A stretch of 62,730 nt of DNA, the filler included, from Choristocarpus tenellus KU-1152 (lineage: Eukaryota > Protista > Phaeophyceae): NCBI GenBank assembly GCA_964200185.2. It is 11 parts of 11 records of this genome, joined end to end, with 100 filler letters (N's around TTAATTAATTAA, not from the genome) between each part and the next. Parts side by side here need not be neighbours in the genome. Positions count along the whole stretch, not along the records: positions 45,872 to 56,615 come from CAXNAD020002744.1; positions 56,716 to 59,822 come from CAXNAD020022281.1; positions 59,923 to 62,730 come from CAXNAD020024577.1; 8 more parts are not named here. The stretch is one strand, 5' to 3'. Below are positions 54,377 through 62,730 of the stretch, piece by piece. A model generated the notes under the pieces. It was not told where the DNA came from and ran no database searches. It saw only the letters and a program-made list of their open reading frames with translations. The first letter of the stretch is position 1. Every line of letters begins with the position of its first letter. Both the position numbers and the translations under genes were made by a program.

Positions 54377-56080
54377 ATTCCTCCTGGTTTGATGCTACTT
54401 GAGTGCTCTGGCTGCTTAGTGGTGGATATTTCCCTTCTATTTACCCCCCAGCACATTCCACACAGGCTTGTCCAGAAACAACTCCCTGCTGTTTCTTTCC
54501 TCCTGGTGCTGCTGAAGGATTGTTGCCCCAAATTGATGGGTCTTCTCTTTCCCCCCCAACACATCATTTCCAGGTTTACCCAGGCACACATACCTGCTGT
54601 TTCTTCTCTCTTGGAGATGCTGGGGACATTTGCTACTAACCGCAGAGCTTCCCCATCTATTTATCCCCACTCGCATTGCCACTTGATACCCTTGCACAAT
54701 TCTCAATGTGTGAGAGGCCTGCAGTACTTCATACTACTCATAGAATGTCGACAGTAGCCCACTATTGTTGTTTCAAGTGAGACACTAGATTACAATAACT
54801 TCACAGCAATATGGCGATTCGTCCATTGAGCATCTCTAGATAGGTGGAGTGCTGGGGATAGAGCCTAAGAAAGGATCATAGCATGAGGTGGAGTGGTCAA
54901 GTGCACATGAGGATGCTGTTGCAAGCAATGGATATAATTAACTATCACCATACCACCTCCCCGCCCTTCTACTTGTAGTAACCCCAGACAATATCCTGAT
55001 CTAGGTTTTGGGTCTGCACAAGCAGAACTGACAGTATTTTTGTTTGCCTTGGAAGCGCTTCCAGTGATAAAGCTAGTATCTCATGAGCTAAGGATTCGAG
55101 CATTTGATGTCCTGTTACAGGGTTGGCTGTGTAATGTGGACACTCTGCCGGGGTCCACTATACGAAGCTCCGCTCTCACCATCACAATTTCCTCCTATAC
55201 TGCATTGGATTCTTCAGACGGAAACCCATCAACTTAGATAATTTAAGTCCTTCGTAAGTGTAAGCTAAATCGACTCAAAAAAGTTACCTATCAAAGTATC
55301 TACTTCAATTCAAACTTAAATATATGAATCAATCTTTATTCGAGTAGTCGCACAATACTGAAGTTTCGCGAAAAGTGTGTGACATGGACGGTCCAGAATC
55401 CACGATGCCAAAGCCTCCTCAGACCACGACTTATTCGCAGGCGCTCAATACGTACCAAAAGACATCTTTGACACACTACAACTCATTTTACTTCATGTAT
55501 AATGTTTCACTGCCTTGTCTACATATGGTATCTCAACAAAAAATGCAAATCCCACACTTGAAACAGAGCATCGAAACCCAACTTCAAGATGTCATCTTCC
55601 TCCTGTTTTGACTAAAATAACCCCTGACAACCCGGATTGCATACTTGAAAAATAGAAATCGCATTGGTTTGCTACACACTGCAACTTACTGCACCAGCAA
55701 GTGTGTGGTGAAGCACAAAAATTACACGAAAAAAATCGCACACACCAAAACAGAAAAAGCGAATGGAAATCGATGCCCAAACTCCCCCAACCATATCCCT
55801 CCCAAGCTGCTATCACACCCTGGTAAACGGAATGATCACATACACGGTTGCAAAATGGTGTTGACAGCTAGGGTTAGGGCTGTCCCTACCTCTGCTGCTA
55901 TTGCTGTTGCTCGTGCTGCTGACATCATCATCCTATTTGAGCAAAGAACACGCAACCCCGTTTGTGAAAGCCTGTGCTGTGTCGTCCATAACGTTTGAAG
56001 ATTTTGATGGAATACATTTCTGAAAGAAGATTTGGAATCCTTGACGAATTTCTGGTTAGGGTCAGCTCTATTTAATATTG

Positions 56081-56615
56081 TTACTCCCCATCCATCATAG
56101 TTTTATCAGCCACAGAAAAAGTCTCCATGTTTACCTTCGGTGTGTTTTCAAGCTCACCAGACAACTGCCCCTTCCATACCCTTTTGTGCTCCACACTGAA
56201 ATCATTCCCCCCATTGTATCTAAGTACTTGATTGTACACCACAAAAAGGGGCTGCCAAGTCCTCTCAAGTGTCCTTTCATCATACTCCTCATACTGTTTC
56301 TTGATGACCTTCACCATCTCCTCGATGGACCCAAACTGCTACCCCATCACCCGGCATTTCAAAGACCTGAAGAAGTACAGGTCCATGATATTGAGGTCGG
56401 GGGAGTTAGATGGCTGCATCACAAGCCTAATCGACCACCCCTCAGTCTTCCCTGCCCCTGACAAGACTTCTGAGTTGCCCTTTCCCGTGTGGGGGGTGGC
56501 ACCGTCTTGCTGAACGACAACATGCTTCCCCTGCAACCAAGGCATCTTGGTCTTGATTGCAGGCAGTAACTCCTCCGTGTACCACTTCCTGTACCACAAA
56601 TGGTCTAAAGTACAG
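56081..56615 (-). mobile_element. Tc1/mariner transposase 3' half with one internal stop
   Basis: LLPAIKTKMP...VQQDGATPH...QPSNSPDLNIMDLYFFRSLK*...GGNDFSVEH. Confidence 0.92.
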
Positions 56616-58803
56616 NNNNNNNNNNNNNNNNNNNNNNNNNNNNNNNNNNNNNNNNNNNNTTAATTAATTAANNNNNNNNNNNNNNNNNNNNNNNNNNNNN
56701 NNNNNNNNNNNNNNNTTTCCACACAACGTTTTATAGTGTTCTTATGTTTAGGATATTTTATTTCCTTAGGGCTAACAACGACATACATATAGTTTTCATT
56801 GGTTTCCCCCCTGACACATCTGCAAAATGTCAGAGGGCATAATAATAAAATATGATAGTTACAAATAATTTTCAGCCGCCAAAACACGATTAAGTGTATT
56901 AAATTGTGGTGTGAGTACAAGAAGTTATATTGTAAATTCCACCGCTATAGGAAGGACCAAATGATGTAAGTTGATGGTGTTGATTACTCTTTTTCTTGAC
57001 TTCTGGAAAAGGCTGTCGTGTTCTCTCCAGTCTCCCCTAAGTCTCTCTTCAATCCCAAAAGTATTGAATCCAATTCTCTCATAGTTCACATATTCCCCGA
57101 TAATTTAGTCTTTTCTCTCCTCTACCACATCTCCAAAATGTTAAAGGCGAAAGAAGGTAGGGCGGAGTCAGTCACCATCAGTGAGAGGGAATTGTTGATA
57201 GAGATAATTGAAAAATAATTTTAAAAAGCCAGAACATCGAGGTCTTGACAAATATTTTCTCGGCTTCCACACACCATCCATATTTCTTCTGTTGATAGGA
57301 GATCTGGAACGTCAGTTGCTTCTAGGATATCATATTGTTGTCGTTCTGGTGACAAGTCTTCCACACAGGTCTTCAGATATCTATAATGATTGGTGGCTCA
57401 CCAATTCAGACTGAGTTGGGGGGTCTCAACAGGACCTTCCTATCACAGAAGGAAGATATAATAGTACATTATTTGAAGTAGGTGGGGGGTAGGGGTATTG
57501 AGGGAATACACCTGCCAAGTCTCGTCTGAGACAGACACCATCTCTTACTTAATAAAAAGGTTGCTTGCGACGTGTTGTGTGTTTCACCCTAGAGATACGA
57601 ACAGTTGGAAAAGTAGGGACATGACAGATCTTCATCCCTACCTACGTTTGTTGGTCTAAGCCAGGTTAGAACCATAATAGTCAACACATTAATATTTAAT
57701 AATTTTTAAATAAGTCAAGTGTATACTGTTTTATTTTATGTTCAAATAGGTTTTGAAGAGATGTGTGTATCATTAATACCCTCTAGTATTTTCCTCCCGC
57801 TACTATATTATTTTTCCCAATATCTCCAAAATGTTCGAGAATATTTATAGCAACACAGATAGATGGACAAGATTACATGTTGGAAATGATTTTTCGAGAA
57901 AAGTCGAAGAGCCTTCAGTTTGCCCTCTAAAATATTTGTGTCTTTCTTTGAATGAATTTTTGGTGGTATGGAATGTTGCTCGAGTTATCTTACGGAACCC
58001 GGACAAACTAACACCTTTGATGGGGTGTTCTGTCATCCACAAGAAATATTCCTGAAGAAGATCAAAAATATCACTAGAAATGGTCAAACACCATATGTGG
58101 GAGACTGTGTATTTCTCGTGGTTAATAATGTTCTTTTTGTGATGTTGTCCTATTCAGATCCAGTCGTAGAGGAGGTTTATCAAGAAACAATCAAAGATCC
58201 GAAGTGGGTGGGTTATTGAGAAGCAGACAGAAAAAGTGTAAGTCTCAAGTCGAGAGCATACCTGATTACCTCCTTCAGGATTCCGCCAGTCGCTGGTGCT
58301 GGTAGGATTACCCAATGACGCTCAGCGGCATTATTTTTCGGTCTCTGTTGTCACTGAGTTTATTGTTTCCTTCTTTTGGTAAGTCTCCTCGACCGTTGGT
58401 TGATTGATGATGAGGAGACATACACGGTTGGGTAGTTAAGGTCACCGGTGAACTGCACTTGGATATGGTATAGATAGGGTCTTGATCCTGTTCTCGCTTT
58501 GGACTGCATTGAATTATGTATTTTTTAGTGAGTGCACCCATCGTCTATATAGTGTTCTCTATACGTTTTTGGAATTTCAATACGTCTTAACCTCAACACC
58601 TTCGCGGTGGAAAGTTTTGGATGATGCCTCGGTAGGCAAGCAGAAAGTTTTCCGGATGAATCGGCTACGCCGTAGTGATACGACGGCAAGAACATCCAGG
58701 AGGAGCTGTGTAGATATTCGTGGTATGGACACCTTTCTGCGTGGTGTCTCTGGAAGGCTGTAGCTTCTGATCCCCCACTCATTCAAATCTACCAACGACA
58801 CAG

Positions 58804-59278
58804 CCGAGTTCTTGTGTTCCCCAGCCGGTCTGCAGGAGGCGGGACAGGTATCGATTGTTGGAGTTTCTGCCACCAAATGGGATATACGGGACACCAATGA
58901 GAACGGATGCTCAACTTTCGGCTGCTACCCGGGTTTTACCCGAGTATTACATTTTGGGACCAGGACAGGCTTGGTGGATGCTGGCAATGAAGTGTAATTG
59001 GTAGCTTGATGTTTAATCACTCCAGACAGCAACAAATCAGGGATCGGACACAATTGTTGGCAATGAAAACTGATTCAAACCTACACTCTAACAACAACAA
59101 TATATTTATATGGACACCAAAAACTATACTGAAACCTCACTTGCTTCGGTGCCAAAAACAGGATGGGCTTGACAACACTTCCCCTTACTCTCGATGGTCT
59201 TGCCATGAAGTAGACGTGATTCCGGAGAATACTCCGTGTTCCAATACCTATGACATTGGAGGTTTGTTCATGGCGGAC
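58804..59278 (+). CDS. Exons 58804-58943 and 59162-59278 of a brown-algal-type discoidin/galactose-binding-like domain protein
   Basis: Spliced product VSATKWDIRD...GC..FGCYPGFTR|DGLDNTSPYSRWSC...PCSNTYDIG fits the RDG...SRWSC...C module I recall from Ectocarpus proteins. GT-AG junctions. Confidence 0.65.
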
Positions 59279-60189
59279 GTATGTAGGTAAATCAATAACA
59301 ACCATGTTGTTTATGTTGATCTTATATGATAATGATGCATTAAACTCAACTTGATGACAAGTGTGGACCCCGTCTGCTGCACCTTGGATGGAGGTTTAAA
59401 ATGTCTTGTTTACCGAAAGATGGGACATGAAAAGCCAGTTTGCTGTATGATCCCACTTTACGGTAGATTTTTGTCTACACTAGGATTGTGCTCAATATGG
59501 ACCATTGACTTCAAGTATCTGATCAAATAAGTTCCAATATCCCAGTTAGCAGAGCCAGAATTTCGATGAGAGAAAACACTTGTTTTAAGTGTGCCCATAA
59601 ATGAAGTAGTGTACCCTTCTTCATACCTACTCCTCCCTGAAACTATATCCGGACTTTGGATTGCTGACAGATATTCTTTTCCACTGAGATTTTTCATGTA
59701 TGATCGTGAGGGAGGAAAAGCAGCATACAAGAGAGCACAATTCATGTTACAGGCGCCCCTCAATGCTCACCTTCTGTTACATGGAGGTCCTACCGCCTCT
59801 CTTCAAACTGGAGAGATTACTCNNNNNNNNNNNNNNNNNNNNNNNNNNNNNNNNNNNNNNNNNNNNTTAATTAATTAANNNNNNNNNNNNNNNNNNNNNN
59901 NNNNNNNNNNNNNNNNNNNNNNCCCCCTAGATACCTTCACCCAGTGTGTGCTAGATGTACCAGTGCAGAGTGTACTTGTGGCCGTTCTCAGTAGGATGTG
60001 CTCATTTTCATCCCTCTAACAAAATGACACTACATATCCTAATCAGCCTTTGAAATTGGACCAAACAGCAAAAGTCAATAATAACACTCTTCCCTACTGA
60101 TGTGCTCACTTGCTCCAATACATTACTGTACAATACCTCAATGGCAATGGGATTCTTGCATAATTACGTGCATGTGGCAGTCAGCCTAC

Positions 60190-62044
60190 CATTGAAGCGA
60201 TAGCAGATGTGGACTGTGAGACCTGAAGCCAGGGTGTCAAACTCAAATATTCCCACAAGTGTTGAGTCCAGGGTAAGGATATTGTCAGGGTCGTCGCGAA
60301 GCTTTACTGCATTACCACTCTCACAACTTGCTCTTGTCCAGAAGACCTTGGTCAGGGCATTCAAAACAAGAGGTAGGTAAAAAATCTTCAGCTCCACAAC
60401 CCAACAAAGGCTGCGTCGATTTTTTTCACTTCGAACTCTCAAGACTTATTTTTGATCTTTAGGTGTAGGGACGTTCAAATTGAGAGCCAAAGTGAGCGAG
60501 AGGTACCCAGAATTTGGTCGTTTTGCAATTAATGTCACTTCTTTCATTTTTTTCTATTCACTCCTTATTTATATGGAGTGTTAAGAGTGACTTAAGAGCA
60601 TTTTTTTCTCTATTGTTTCAAAATTTGAAAAGACTCCCGAAAAGTCCCAATATACATTTGTGCAAAGAACCAAACTATGCACATTTGTCAGCATTTTAAA
60701 ATGCAATACTTGGTACCTTTCATTTACTTTGACTCTGAAACACAGCATTTCATCAAGGTATGTAAGAGTTTGTGCATGGTGTGAAATGACTTGATACCAT
60801 CTATGAGTCTATGGTTGTATCCTAGGACTTTACTCAGGCGATCGCAGACAGTACCATGGACCCCAAAGGTTTTTTTTCCCACCTGGTCTTCAGAAGCTAG
60901 AAATGATCCAGAAAACATCCAGTCTTTTGCATAGTGTACCACAGCCACACTATCAGCTCCTTCTTCAGCATGTACACTCTTGAGCAGGGCCACATTGATA
61001 GTGATATCTGTGTATATTTTCCACCTTTCATCTGGGGGATTTGCTCAGCAAAAAAACGTCATCAGGAGGAGCAGTATCAATGTCAACGTTCACTAAAACA
61101 GAAGATGAGTTGCTTATGCAAGAAAAAACTACAGAGATGGTTTTGGAATTATTGTATTGAACGAGGTGCACGCCCTGACATTAACTTGTGATGTTGATCA
61201 ATGCATCCCCTATGTATACAGGTAAATCATTCTACGATGTTAGGGTACATTTAAAAAAATTGTGAAAAAATGAGGGGTTAAACGCTATTTGCTGGAAGCA
61301 TTTTTTTCACATTTGGAAATACACCTGGAGAACATCTCACATGCAAATTTGTAGCAAAGAACAGGTGACAGGCCTGCAGCTGACGAATTAAAAGTGAAGT
61401 TGGTTTGGTAGGCCCGATTGCTCTGCAAGTACACAGGTGCCTCATTTGTAAAGTTTGCTCCTTGAGCATTTGGATGGTTAGTAATTGGTATAAAGTTGTC
61501 ATTCTCGAGGCAAGCTGAGTCTGAAGTCGCAGACTTGATCCATCTGATATAGTCGAGGGTGGACGTCCCATTAGCATTGATCAAGAACACTTCCTGAACA
61601 TCAACAACAGCAATATCTGTTCCACCCGTCAGTGTTCCCACCGACTGCACCATATGCACATACACCACAATGTTGTACCACTGGTAGGGTTCGTTGCCAA
61701 ACTTGAAACACAGTGAAGCATTTGCACCAGCGACAGAGTCTTCAAATATAAATGTGGCATTGGGACCTTGGCCAAGATACATTGCTACCCCGTCTGAATC
61801 AGCACTAGACAGCTCAGCATCAAAGCCAGAGCTACCCGCGGTATCTGTGTTACAGCTAGTAGTGTTAATAACAAACTTGATCAGATCTGTTGCACCATCG
61901 GCACCTAGTCCATGACCAGCAAATTGCCATTGCTTGGGTTGCTCAACAACAGCAGCGGTTGTGTTTCCCCACACAGCGGTGATGTTATGGATCATCTTCA
62001 CATATACAGGCTTTGAGTAGAGGCGCCAGGGCTCGGTGCTGTGC
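60190..62044 (-). CDS. Internal exons (62044-61341, 61031-60883, 60346-60190) of a large extracellular protein built from ~110-125 aa repeats
   Basis: Phase-consistent exons. Repeated motifs LCFKFGNEP, LCYKFAYER and ICYRFN, plus AVV...F.G...D.(I/V).(W/F). Many N-x-S/T sequons. Confidence 0.8.
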
Positions 62045-62671
62045 CTGAAAGGGAGAACATGCGATCAGTTAAACATGCCCCAAGCATATATGCACTATGT
62101 AGAAGAGATGTCAGGGTTCACTGGTGTGCCTGATAGGGAGTGGTTGGGACCCGTCAAAAATGCCACAAGCATTCTATGCAATGCAGCAAACATGTTGATC
62201 ATTTCATGACACAGACACAAATTTCCTTGCAGACAGAAAAGCTTCCCATTCTTCTTAGGTATGAAACAAGTAGAATAACTTCATTAGAGTGGCTAAAGGA
62301 CTTATCTATTTCGCTGATACTATCCACACATTTACGAGTCTCCTTTCTATCCTAAAGTAGGTCTTTCCCAAATTTCCAACAAGGGTTTGTGGGGGTCAGA
62401 TCACTTTTTAGTAAGCTCTTTCAGCAAGTACCATTTGCTGCATTGCAACCCCAGATTCATTTATCTTGGTTAAAGTGTTGGATGTGATCATAGTTGGTAC
62501 ATCTGCCTAATTTTGTCACCCAAACATATCCTGCCATACTGCACTTCACAAACTTTCATAATCTAAAAAAGAAGTGATCACTGTAGTACACGGATACAGG
62601 TCACACACTCTATAATTGATGCATAGGTTATTTGCAAGAAGACAATCAGCACCCAACATTCTGGTGATCTC

Positions 62672-62730
62672 TAAAAGTATCTTAGAGGGTACTAGTTTTT
62701 CCCTGTTTGTCCATTTGGGGCATGGCTGCC
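62672..62730. mobile_element. MITE end truncated by the window edge
   Basis: AAAGTATCTTAGAGGGTACTAGTTTTTCCCTGTTTGTCC matches the family end. Confidence 0.75.

Noticed and set aside
2957-59922. Regularly recurring TTAATTAATTAA flanked by Ns, resembling a repeat array
   Set aside because: Artificial scaffolding linker. It also invalidates any gene-cluster interpretation across contigs.
350-62355. Most of the short ORFs in the supplied six-frame track
   Set aside because: Chance ORFs in introns, antisense to real exons, or in decayed repeats. Real genes here are spliced.

Overview
Eukaryotic draft-assembly DNA, most likely a brown alga (Phaeophyceae; inferred from GT-AG intron-rich genes, scattered TTAGGG motifs and a DG...SRWSC discoidin-like domain). 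The window is not one locus. It is 11 short contigs joined by 100-nt artificial linkers (N-run, TTAATTAATTAA, N-run), so adjacency across linkers is meaningless. Spliced host genes reconstructed by hand are: a TPR + C-terminal J-domain co-chaperone, a type II membrane protein with two glycosyltransferase-like domains separated by a duplicated Cys-rich module, WRAP53/TCAB1, a class-3 (DAG-lipase-like) lipase, a discoidin-like protein fragment and a large tandem-repeat extracellular protein fragment. Much of the rest is decayed transposon sequence (Ty1/copia, Tc1/mariner, hAT, probably gypsy and Penelope) plus a ~250-bp MITE family. The most unusual signal is a ~1.1-kb AT-rich, intronless, bacterial-looking island at ~25745-26800. 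It carries a broken IS66 transposase of Rickettsiales/Wolbachia type that the ORF track missed because it has no start codon. It lies immediately upstream of the glycosyltransferase-like gene and is a candidate endosymbiont-to-alga transfer. All family assignments are by eye from motifs; no database search was run.
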